This document shows positions 47,872 to 56,034 of a DNA stretch of 64,000 nucleotides, in pieces. The notes beneath the pieces are model-generated. The model was not told where the DNA came from and searched no databases. It saw only the letters and a program-made list of their open reading frames with translations. Position numbers and translations under genes: made by a program. The DNA comes from Epsilonproteobacteria bacterium UBA4036 (GTDB taxonomy: Bacteria; Campylobacterota; Campylobacteria; Campylobacterales; Arcobacteraceae), in the NCBI GenBank assembly GCA_002382325.1, contig DGAG01000007.1:200235-264234 (forward strand), in the 5' to 3' direction. The first letter of the stretch is position 1, and each line of letters starts with the position of its first letter.

Positions 47872-48777
47872 TTAAATAATTCTCTCTTTCGTTTTTTCAC
47901 TGACCAGTTTATACGCAATTGCAAGTGCTACAATGACAATACCAATAATAAGTAAATCATCGGCTTTTTCTGAAGACAATGAATAAATCAATATTTTACG
48001 AATCAACGCTGCCATGGCTAAGGTTAAAAAAGCTTTTATGGCAAAGCCTTTGCCTTTTAAGTGTTCAATCTCTTCATTAATCAGCTCAATAGCCGCCCAA
48101 AGCACGAGTAAACTTCCCAAAACTGTTAAAATCCCTTTTTCAATGCCTATATCTGAAAAAAACAGCAAATAAATATCATACACAAAAAGCCCAATGGCAA
48201 AAAATGCCACCAATGCCAAAGCCCCAGCTAAAAAGAAGTTAGTATAAGAACTGAATTTTTTTAAAGAAGATAAAATGCTTTTTTCAATATGCGACAACGA
48301 CAAAAACTTACCCAACTCCTCTTCTCGGTAAGAACTCGTTAAAATATCCAAATTCATGTCAATAATCTTTTCAACCGCACGAATTTGTTTGACGTGTTGC
48401 TCTTTAGACTCAAAATTGTCTTCAATGCTTTGCAAAACAAATGTCCGAACAAACGTAAACGCAGAATTCACATAATGCGTAGGCAAACCAATTTTAACAT
48501 GCACTTCACCAATTTTATACAAAGAAGTAAAATAGACCATGTCATATTTGCCACAAAAAAGATTGATAAACCACTCTTTAAGTTTGAGTTGATGGTGCGC
48601 AATAATCTCTTTGTTTTTTAAAAATTGCGCTGTTTTCCCAAAGCCCCAAATATAATCATAAAATTCATCAATAAACTTATCAGAAAGTTCTATCATACGA
48701 GGTTGAAGTGCTTTTAAAATATCCGCTTCTTGAGATGTAAATTTGTAGTTAGTTTTTAATGAAGTGCATTCTTTCAT
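47872..48777 (-). CDS. protoglobin (globin-coupled-sensor type) domain fused to a PsiE-like 4-TM membrane domain
   Basis: The N-terminal ~150 aa (ADILKALQP...FYDYIWGFGKTAQFL...IGEVHVKIGLPTHYVNSAF) match the protoglobin sensor pattern. The C-terminal ~130 aa are hydrophobic with AAIELINEE and AALIRKILI blocks, which resemble PsiE. Confidence 0.65.
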   Translation of the reverse strand: MKECTSLKTNYKFTSQEADILKALQPRMIELSDKFIDEFYDYIWGFGKTAQFLKNKEIIAHHQLKLKEWFINLFCGKYDMVYFTSLYKIGEVHVKIGLPTHYVNSAFTFVRTFVLQSIEDNFESKEQHVKQIRAVEKIIDMNLDILTSSYREEELGKFLSLSHIEKSILSSLKKFSSYTNFFLAGALALVAFFAIGLFVYDIYLLFFSDIGIEKGILTVLGSLLVLWAAIELINEEIEHLKGKGFAIKAFLTLAMAALIRKILIYSLSSEKADDLLIIGIVIVALAIAYKLVSEKTKERII

Positions 48778-48956
48778 TTTAACCTCCTTATCTTTTATCG
48801 TATTGTAGCTTTCTAATTAAAGGTTTGCTTTGATTTAAAGCAATGTTTTGGTGTGAATGATGTGTAAAGTTTTTGGTGTTTTTTTGACATAGGTTTTGAG
48901 CTATGGGTAAATTCTTTGATTTTTTACTCATACGTTGTATCGAAAATATTTAACTA

Positions 48957-48985
48957 TTTCGACATATAAATTTTATATGTCGAAA
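48957..48985. repeat. perfect 14-1-14 palindrome TTTCGACATATAAA-T-TTTATATGTCGAAA
   Basis: I checked it base by base. Further TTCGACATAT-like half sites lie at 48997-49007 (forward) and 48938-48949 (inverted, imperfect). Confidence 0.7.
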
Positions 48986-49034
48986 ATCCTCTATTTTTTC
49001 GACATATCAAAAAAGTTCTAAATTTATAAAATAC

Positions 49035-49163
49035 TTACTTCATAGCACTATTTGAGATAATACGAGCCACACCGTTTAAGTTTGCTAAAACCCTATTTGC
49101 AGATATTGCTTTTTTTAAGACTTTTTGAGTTTCGATTTGGTGGGTTAATAGTAGGTTCTTCAT
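49035..49163 (-). pseudogene. truncated Fic-family N-terminal fragment (42 codons)
   Basis: My translation is MKNLLLTHQIETQKVLKKAISANRVLANLNGVARIISNSAMK then a stop. The IET..VLK....A.R.LA.L.G pattern matches the Fic_N region, and I found no continuation in any frame downstream. The ATG lies 1 nt after the DUF4435 gene stop. Confidence 0.45.
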
Positions 49164-49164
49164 T

Positions 49165-50133
49165 TCATGCAACTTTTAAATATTTATCCAAAAATTCTAT
49201 TAAACAATTTGGAGTATTTGAATATTGAGCTAATACTGAAATCGAATCTTCTAATTTAAAAGACAAATTACACTTATATTTTTTTGTCAATATCTTTGGT
49301 TCTTTAGCAGTTGCTTCCTCCTTTAGTCTTTTTAGAAAGTCAATGAAAAATTTTAATTCAAACTTACCTCTGAACATACAAGCTTTATTAAAATCACTTG
49401 AATTAAATAATACTAATTTTTTCTCTAATAAATCATCTGTAATTTTTGGTGCATCTTTAAATAAAGTATTCTCAAAAATATCTTTATTCTTCAAATCATC
49501 AAAAATATTAGCTCTTAAATTTAAATCTACATCGAACATATTCTCATTGTTCTTAAAATAATTTTTCAGAACCTCATTAATATCCAATCTTGTACTCGTA
49601 TTTGTTTCTATTCTTATATCATATTGACAAGATAACCAAGCATTTAAGAACAATAATTCATCATGATAATTCGTTAATAATGTAGTATATAAATCTAATA
49701 TTTTAATGAAATTCTCATCTTTCTCTTTCATATTAAATTCACTATTCAAAATTCTTTTTAAAGTATCTTTTGTTGAATAAAAATTCTCTATTGAATAACA
49801 AGGAGTAACATATAGTTTATTCTCTACTTTATCATCAGTATAATCTTTATCTATAAAAAATAATGCTTTAGCTTTATCGTATTCCTTTCGATTTTTAATT
49901 AACTCTTTTACCTTTAAAACTAAATCTCGTCCTCCACATGTAAAATCTTGAAATTCTTTTTCGTATTTTATTGTGACTCTAGTACCATAATATTTTTTGT
50001 CTTCATCCCCTTCAAAAAAGCAGTACACCATGTCTGGATTAGTTTTGGAATATGCTCGTACAAAATTTGTATATGCAACATGTCCAGATTCAGCTTCCTC
50101 CAACATTAATGAGTATAAATCATTTTTACTCAT
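49165..50133 (-). CDS. DUF4435 (TOPRIM-like) protein, AriB-like
   Basis: 322 aa with VYCFFEGDEDKKYY, LFFIDKDYTD and CYSIENFY, which I recall as DUF4435 hallmarks. It overlaps the upstream ATPase gene by 8 nt. Confidence 0.78.
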   Translation of the reverse strand: MSKNDLYSLMLEEAESGHVAYTNFVRAYSKTNPDMVYCFFEGDEDKKYYGTRVTIKYEKEFQDFTCGGRDLVLKVKELIKNRKEYDKAKALFFIDKDYTDDKVENKLYVTPCYSIENFYSTKDTLKRILNSEFNMKEKDENFIKILDLYTTLLTNYHDELLFLNAWLSCQYDIRIETNTSTRLDINEVLKNYFKNNENMFDVDLNLRANIFDDLKNKDIFENTLFKDAPKITDDLLEKKLVLFNSSDFNKACMFRGKFELKFFIDFLKRLKEEATAKEPKILTKKYKCNLSFKLEDSISVLAQYSNTPNCLIEFLDKYLKVA

Positions 50134-51508
50134 TTTTACTATCCATATAAATATTAATACCTACTGCATATTTTTCCAATTCATTTTTAAAAATAAATGG
50201 AGAATGTGTTACAGCTAGTAAAAACTTACATTTTTCAGAATTCATAATATCAGGCAATAAGCGTTTTTGCCACGGTAATGATAATGAAAGTTCTGGTTCA
50301 TCAAATAAAACTATTAAATTTTCTGTTTTTTCTAAATATATTTTTGAGAATATTGAGATAATCTGTTTTTCCCCAGAAGATAATTTATTTATTTCAACTT
50401 TTTCATCAGTACCATCTCTGTAAATGTCTAAATCAACAGAACTTTCATCGTATCTAAATTGTTTATCCACTAAATACTCATTACATACATCACGAAAATT
50501 TTTTATCTTATCATCAAGATGTTTATGTTCATTATAAATATCAATTAATTGAAAGATAAATGAAACCAAATCTTTTCTTTCTTTTAATTTCGCTTTATTT
50601 TTTAGTAATTTTAAAATACCATCTTTATCTTTTTGTGGAATATTATCTCCAACTCTATGTAAAATAATTTTGATTGTATTTTCATCTAGCTCTTCAATTT
50701 CACTATCTTCAATTTTTCTAAAACCATTTAAAAATAGGGATAGCATTTGCCCTGTTAACTTTGAAAAACCAGTAATTGTAGATTTCTCAATTTCTTGCTC
50801 AACAGTAATGATTTTTTTTCTTACATCCTCCATACCGAAATGAATTAATGTATCATCATTAACTTCTAAATCTTCTTCTAATTCTCTATAATAACTTCTA
50901 CTGTCATTACGGTGTATAATTCTTTCTTTAAAACTACCTAAATTTTTTAAATCTTCTTCAACTCTTCTATAAGTAGGTAAATATAGTATTGAAAAATTCA
51001 AATCTTGCTTGATTCTTTCTAATTTATCAAATACATCAAAACTAGGTTTTTCTTTTATATATTTAAAAATTTCTCGAGTCATTATTTCGATTGGTGCAAA
51101 TCTTCTTATTGCGTTTTTTTCAATAAATTCAGCAATAGTTTTTGATACTTTAGAATTAAAGCTATCATAATTATCAAATTGTAATTGATTTAAATTTTCT
51201 AATTGAGTTAAAATACTTAAAGGAATTCTCCTATTGTTGTTATTATTATTTTCTTGGTAAGTTACATAACTTTCTAATTCAAATTTCGAAAATTGTATTT
51301 TCTCTTTATTCCCAAAAATAACCTCTATTGCCTCGAATTCAATATTTGAAAGCTTCTTATATTTTTCATTTAAAAGATAATATAGTGAATTTAAAATAGT
51401 TGTTTTACCAAAACCATTTTCACCTATTAATATTTTCACATTATCTTCAAAATTAATGTCAACATTTCTAAAACCAAAAAGCCCAGTTATTTTAAATCTT
51501 TTTATCAT
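50126..51508 (-). CDS. ABC/SMC-like ATPase with inserted helical domain, AriA-like
   Basis: 460 aa with Walker A GENGFGKTT, Q-loop-like YLPTYRR, signature LSSGEKQ, Walker B LIVLFDEPELSLS and H-loop AVTHSP. RBS AAGGAAA lies upstream. Confidence 0.78.
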   Translation of the reverse strand: MIKRFKITGLFGFRNVDINFEDNVKILIGENGFGKTTILNSLYYLLNEKYKKLSNIEFEAIEVIFGNKEKIQFSKFELESYVTYQENNNNNNRRIPLSILTQLENLNQLQFDNYDSFNSKVSKTIAEFIEKNAIRRFAPIEIMTREIFKYIKEKPSFDVFDKLERIKQDLNFSILYLPTYRRVEEDLKNLGSFKERIIHRNDSRSYYRELEEDLEVNDDTLIHFGMEDVRKKIITVEQEIEKSTITGFSKLTGQMLSLFLNGFRKIEDSEIEELDENTIKIILHRVGDNIPQKDKDGILKLLKNKAKLKERKDLVSFIFQLIDIYNEHKHLDDKIKNFRDVCNEYLVDKQFRYDESSVDLDIYRDGTDEKVEINKLSSGEKQIISIFSKIYLEKTENLIVLFDEPELSLSLPWQKRLLPDIMNSEKCKFLLAVTHSPFIFKNELEKYAVGINIYMDSKNE

Positions 51509-51739
51509 TCTTTATTTCCTTTTTTTTTAATTCAATTTTGAAATTCTTTTTTTAACTCTTATCCATCCCCACCACTCAAAATCCTCATTTGATTAATGGC
51601 AATTTTATTAAGCTTTTCTATCCTTTGACTTTTGGAAAATCTCTCAATTAAAAATTTCTTTTAAACCCATCAAATTCGACGGCTTTAAAATCAAGATTAT
51701 AAAAAATTTCCACATATTCTTACTCTTTTTCACTTCGTA

Positions 51740-52741
51740 TTATCTTAATCCCAAAACATCCCTCTCAATCTCTCTTTTCAACTCTTCTTCCGTTGGCAAA
51801 TAAAGCTGATATTTTGATACAAAGAGATTATCTTTGCTATTTATATGTGAGTATTTTACAATAGTTTCATCTTTATCTGTGCATAAAATTATTCCAATAG
51901 TTGGATTATCACTTTCATTCTTTTCCAAATCATCGTACATATTTACATACATATCAATTTGCCCAATATCTTGATGGGTTAGTTTTCCTATTTTCAAATC
52001 TATAAGTACAAAACATTTTAAAAGATAGTTATAAAAATCACTTGTTTGTGTTTTGATTCTTTTTTGTCGTGACACAAATGCAAAACCTCGACCTAGTTCC
52101 AGCAAAAATTCTTGTATTTTTTCTAGCAAGGCACTTTCAAGTTCATTTTCTCTGAATGATTTATTGTCTTTTAAATCTAAAAATTCCAATACATAAGGAT
52201 CTTTGATAATATCTTTTGCTGTAAGTTGTAGATTTTTTGTATTTTCTTTGGCTTCATCAATAACGGGCTGTTTTTCTTGACTTGATATAACTCTTTCATA
52301 ATAAAGTGAGTTTATTTGTCTTTCTAAAGCTCTAACACTCCAATTAGAAGCGATGGTTTCTTGTATATAATACTCTCTTGCTTGTTCGTTTTCAATTCTC
52401 ATGATAAGTCGATAATGACTCCAACTCAATTCGCTACACAGTGTGTAGCAATTTGAAAAGACTAAATAAAACTGTCTCATATTTCTAAGATTTTGAGGAG
52501 TAAATCCAGTACCAAAATCAACGGTGAGTTGCTTTGATAATTCACTTATAAGGTTTGAGCCATATTTTGCTTTTGTTTCCCCATGTTGTTCCACTTCTAC
52601 TATTTTTTTACCCACATTCCGATAGGCTTCCACCATAATAAAATTTACAGATTTATAGGCATTATCTCTTGCTGTTTGTAAGATAGATTTAATATCTTGA
52701 TAAAATTGGTTATTTGATTGTTTTACTGTTTCACTCATCAA
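51740..52741 (-). CDS. YhcG/DUF1016 PD-(D/E)xK nuclease-family protein
   Basis: The N-terminal part reads YQDIKSILQTARDNAYKSVNFIMVEAYRNVGKKIVE...NLRNMRQFYLVF. The C-terminal part reads GRGFAFVSRQKRI...CFVLIDLKIGKLTHQDIGQIDMYV. Confidence 0.82.
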   Translation of the reverse strand: MMSETVKQSNNQFYQDIKSILQTARDNAYKSVNFIMVEAYRNVGKKIVEVEQHGETKAKYGSNLISELSKQLTVDFGTGFTPQNLRNMRQFYLVFSNCYTLCSELSWSHYRLIMRIENEQAREYYIQETIASNWSVRALERQINSLYYERVISSQEKQPVIDEAKENTKNLQLTAKDIIKDPYVLEFLDLKDNKSFRENELESALLEKIQEFLLELGRGFAFVSRQKRIKTQTSDFYNYLLKCFVLIDLKIGKLTHQDIGQIDMYVNMYDDLEKNESDNPTIGIILCTDKDETIVKYSHINSKDNLFVSKYQLYLPTEEELKREIERDVLGLR

Positions 52742-52835
52742 TAAATCTCACTTTATTTTACATTCGTAACATTGTAACCAAGAAAAGTTTATTTTAAGAT
52801 TTAGAGTATCGGTATTTAGGGAAGTTTAAATGTGG

Positions 52836-52867
52836 GCTGTAAAGAGAAATTACTTTCTCTTTACAGC
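52836..52867 (-). terminator. hairpin at the end of lpd
   Basis: The stem is GCTGTAAAGAGAAA / TTTCTCTTTACAGC (perfect 14 bp) with a 4-nt loop that contains the lpd stop codon. No clear U-run follows. Confidence 0.5.
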
Positions 52868-54283
52868 TTTAGCGTTAGGTAAATCAGTGATTGTACCTTC
52901 AAAAATTTCGGCTGCCATTCCTACAGATTCATGTAAAGTTGGGTGAGCGTGGATTGTTAAAGCAATGTCTTCTGCATCACAATCCATCTCAAGAGCAAGT
53001 GAGATTTCTCCTAAGAGTTCTCCTGCATTATCACCCACAATTGCACCACCTATGAGTTGGTGTGTCTCTTTGTTGAAAATAAGTTTGGTCATACCACTGC
53101 TTGAAACATCACTGGCAATGGCTCGTCCTGATGCACTCCAAGGAAAAGTTGAGACTTCATAATCAATCCCTGCTTCTTTGGCTTGAGTTTCAGTCATTCC
53201 TGCCCATGCAATTTCAGGGAAGGTATAAGCAATCGATGGGATTTGTTTTGGCTCAAAAAAGGCTTTGTGTCCTGCAATGACTTCAGCAGCCACATGACCT
53301 TCATGTACAGCTTTATGGGCAAGCATGGGTTGTCCTACGATATCACCAATGGCAAAAATATGAGGAACGTTTGTTTTCATTTGATTATCCACTTTGATAA
53401 TTCCATACTCATCGACATTTACGCCACATTTATCCAATCCCAGTTTTAAACCATTGGCACTTCGTCCCATAGCCACTAAAACAGCATCATAAACAACTGC
53501 ACCCTCAGGCGCACTTTTACCTTTAAACTCAACATACACACCATCTTGTTTTGGGATAATTGATTGAGCTTGGGTTTCAAACATGATGTTAAATCGTTTG
53601 GCATTGGCTTTGGTATAAAGTTTTACAATATCGCTGTCAGTTCCAGACATTAATTGTTTTCCACGTACGACAAAATCTACTTCTGAACCCAATTTCTGAT
53701 ACACAGTACCCATTTCAAGACCAATAATTCCACCACCCATAACAAGAAGTTTTTTAGGCACTTCTTTAACTTCTAAAGCATTTGTCGAATCCCAAATTCT
53801 TGGGTCTTCGTGTGGTATAAAAGACATTTTACTGCTTTGGCTTCCAGCAGCAATAATACAATTATCAAAGCTGACTTTGGTTTGTTCATCACTGTTTGTA
53901 TGGTTTACTATTACAGAGTGGTCATCAAGAAAAGTTGCCGTTCCTTGTATTACTGTAACTTTTCTCATTTTAGCCATGGCACTTAAGCCATCAGTGAGTC
54001 TTTTAACTACACCACTTTTGTATGCGGCTACTTTAGAGATATCTACAGTTGGTTTTCCAAAGCTTACACCTGCATGTTCAATGTGTTCTGCTTCTTCAAT
54101 CACTTTTGCTACGTGTAACAACGCTTTTGAAGGGATACATCCCACATTTAAGCACACCCCACCTAATGTAGGATGTCGCTCAACTAAAACCGTATCTAAA
54201 CCTAAGTCTGCACATCTAAAAGCAGCTGAGTAACCCCCAGGACCTGCTCCTATAACTAATACTTGACCTTTTACTTCATTCAT
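52850..54283 (-). CDS. lpdA: dihydrolipoyl dehydrogenase (E3)
   Basis: It has GAGPGGY, redox-active GGVCLNVGCIPSK and HAHPTLHE. I chose ATG 54283, which has AAGGTGG 5 nt upstream, rather than the GTG at 54292. Confidence 0.93.
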   Translation of the reverse strand: MNEVKGQVLVIGAGPGGYSAAFRCADLGLDTVLVERHPTLGGVCLNVGCIPSKALLHVAKVIEEAEHIEHAGVSFGKPTVDISKVAAYKSGVVKRLTDGLSAMAKMRKVTVIQGTATFLDDHSVIVNHTNSDEQTKVSFDNCIIAAGSQSSKMSFIPHEDPRIWDSTNALEVKEVPKKLLVMGGGIIGLEMGTVYQKLGSEVDFVVRGKQLMSGTDSDIVKLYTKANAKRFNIMFETQAQSIIPKQDGVYVEFKGKSAPEGAVVYDAVLVAMGRSANGLKLGLDKCGVNVDEYGIIKVDNQMKTNVPHIFAIGDIVGQPMLAHKAVHEGHVAAEVIAGHKAFFEPKQIPSIAYTFPEIAWAGMTETQAKEAGIDYEVSTFPWSASGRAIASDVSSSGMTKLIFNKETHQLIGGAIVGDNAGELLGEISLALEMDCDAEDIALTIHAHPTLHESVGMAAEIFEGTITDLPNAKAVKRK

Positions 54284-54293
54284 AATTGCCACC

Positions 54294-56024
54294 TTACAAA
54301 TTCAATAATCGAATATCGCCAAGCAATTTCGATAAAGTTGTTGTAAATCTTGCTCCATCTGCACCATCAATAACTTTATGGTCATATGATAAGCTTAATG
54401 GCAACATGAGTGCTGGTTCAAATGTTTCACCGTTCCACTTTGGTTTAAATTCAGATTTTGACAATCCTAAAATCGCAACTTCAGGTGCATTAATAATTGG
54501 CGTAAAATATGTACCACCAATACCACCTAAACTAGAAATGGTAAAACAAGCCCCTTGCATATCGGGTGCTTTTAATTTTCCCTCTCGTGCTTTCGTTGAG
54601 AGTTCTGCTAATTCTATAGCAATCTCTTTAAACCCTTTTTTATCAGCATCTTTAATAACGGGTACAACCAATCCATTGGGTGTATCAACTGCCACTCCAA
54701 TATGGAAATATTTTTTCATAATCAAGCTTTGAGCATCACTGCTTAATGATGCGTTAAATTTAGGATGAATTGCTAAGGCTTTTGCTACAGCTTTTACCAC
54801 AAACACCAACGGTGAAAGTTTAAAATCTTTGGCAAGTGCATTTTGCTCTTTTCTAAATTTTTCCAATTCTGTAATATCGGCTTCATCAAATTGCGTTACA
54901 TGTGGCATAGCCAACCAATTTCGGTGTAAGCTCGGACCTGAAATTTTTTGAATTCGACTTAACTCTACGGTTTCAATTGAACCAAACTGGCTAAAGTCTA
55001 TCTCTTTGGCTTCGGGTAAATTAAAGCCAAATCCTACACCCGTAGCTGCACTGGCTGGTTTGTTCAGTTGTTCTTTAACGTACGCTTTAATATCTTCTTT
55101 TAAGATTCTATTTTTTCGTCCGCTTCCTTTGACAAAACCTAAATCTACGCCAAATTCTCGTGCGAGTTTTCGCACTGACGGAGAAGCATACACTTTACTG
55201 GCTTTTTTACTTAAAACACTCGTTTCTTCTTTGTCAATACTGATTGATACCGCTTCTTGAAGTGTGGTTGGTGATTTTTTAACTTCTTCTTTGACAGGAG
55301 CTTCAACACTAGCAGGTGTTGGAATTTTATTTTCCATAACAACCGTTTTGACTATTTTTGCAATCAAATCACCGCTGTTGACTTTCATACCTGCTTCAAC
55401 AAACAGTTCAATCACTTCACCAGCAAATGGTGCGGGAACATCCATAGAGGCTTTTTCTGTCTCTAGCGTAATCAAACCATCTTCATATTCAACCGTATCC
55501 CCTACTTTAACCATAACATCAATCAAATCAACGTCTTTATCGGCTCCTAAGTCTGGTACATGCACTTCTTCAACGACAGAACAAATTGTTTGTTCATTAA
55601 CAAACTGGCAAGAAACTTGAGCATTGGCTGCTGAAATGGCTTGAAGTTCTGCTTCTGCCGCTTTGACATCCATTGGTGCAGATGTTTTCGCAACAGGAGT
55701 TTCTACGCTTATAGTAGGTGTTGAAATCTCTTTTGCAACCGCACTTTGAGTGCTTGCTTGTGCCACAGGAGCTTCTTGCACCTCTTGCGATTCAACTCGT
55801 GCAATCAAATCACCCGAATTGACTTTCATCCCTACTTTTAAAAATATCTCTTTAACTACTCCAGCGTGTGTTGTTGGAACATCCATAGAAGCTTTTTCTG
55901 TTTCAAGTGTAATTAACCCGTCTTCAACTTCTACCACATCGCCAACATTTACCATCACCTCAATTAAATCGACGTCTTTATCCGCTCCTAAATCAGGAAT
56001 AAAAATATCATGAATTGTGCTCAT
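54294..56024 (-). CDS. aceF: dihydrolipoyllysine-residue acetyltransferase (E2) with two lipoyl domains
   Basis: Two LITLETEKASMDVP lipoyl motifs are followed by a peripheral-subunit-binding domain ASPSVRKLAREFGVDL. The catalytic domain has SLSYDHKVIDGA. Confidence 0.93.
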   Translation of the reverse strand: MSTIHDIFIPDLGADKDVDLIEVMVNVGDVVEVEDGLITLETEKASMDVPTTHAGVVKEIFLKVGMKVNSGDLIARVESQEVQEAPVAQASTQSAVAKEISTPTISVETPVAKTSAPMDVKAAEAELQAISAANAQVSCQFVNEQTICSVVEEVHVPDLGADKDVDLIDVMVKVGDTVEYEDGLITLETEKASMDVPAPFAGEVIELFVEAGMKVNSGDLIAKIVKTVVMENKIPTPASVEAPVKEEVKKSPTTLQEAVSISIDKEETSVLSKKASKVYASPSVRKLAREFGVDLGFVKGSGRKNRILKEDIKAYVKEQLNKPASAATGVGFGFNLPEAKEIDFSQFGSIETVELSRIQKISGPSLHRNWLAMPHVTQFDEADITELEKFRKEQNALAKDFKLSPLVFVVKAVAKALAIHPKFNASLSSDAQSLIMKKYFHIGVAVDTPNGLVVPVIKDADKKGFKEIAIELAELSTKAREGKLKAPDMQGACFTISSLGGIGGTYFTPIINAPEVAILGLSKSEFKPKWNGETFEPALMLPLSLSYDHKVIDGADGARFTTTLSKLLGDIRLLNL

Positions 56025-56034
56025 TCTTTACTCC

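Noticed and set aside
55380-56010. Internal direct repeat of about 220 bp within aceF.
   Set aside because: It corresponds to the two tandem lipoyl domains (both contain LITLETEKASMDVP). This is the normal architecture of E2 proteins, not a mobile or recent duplication.
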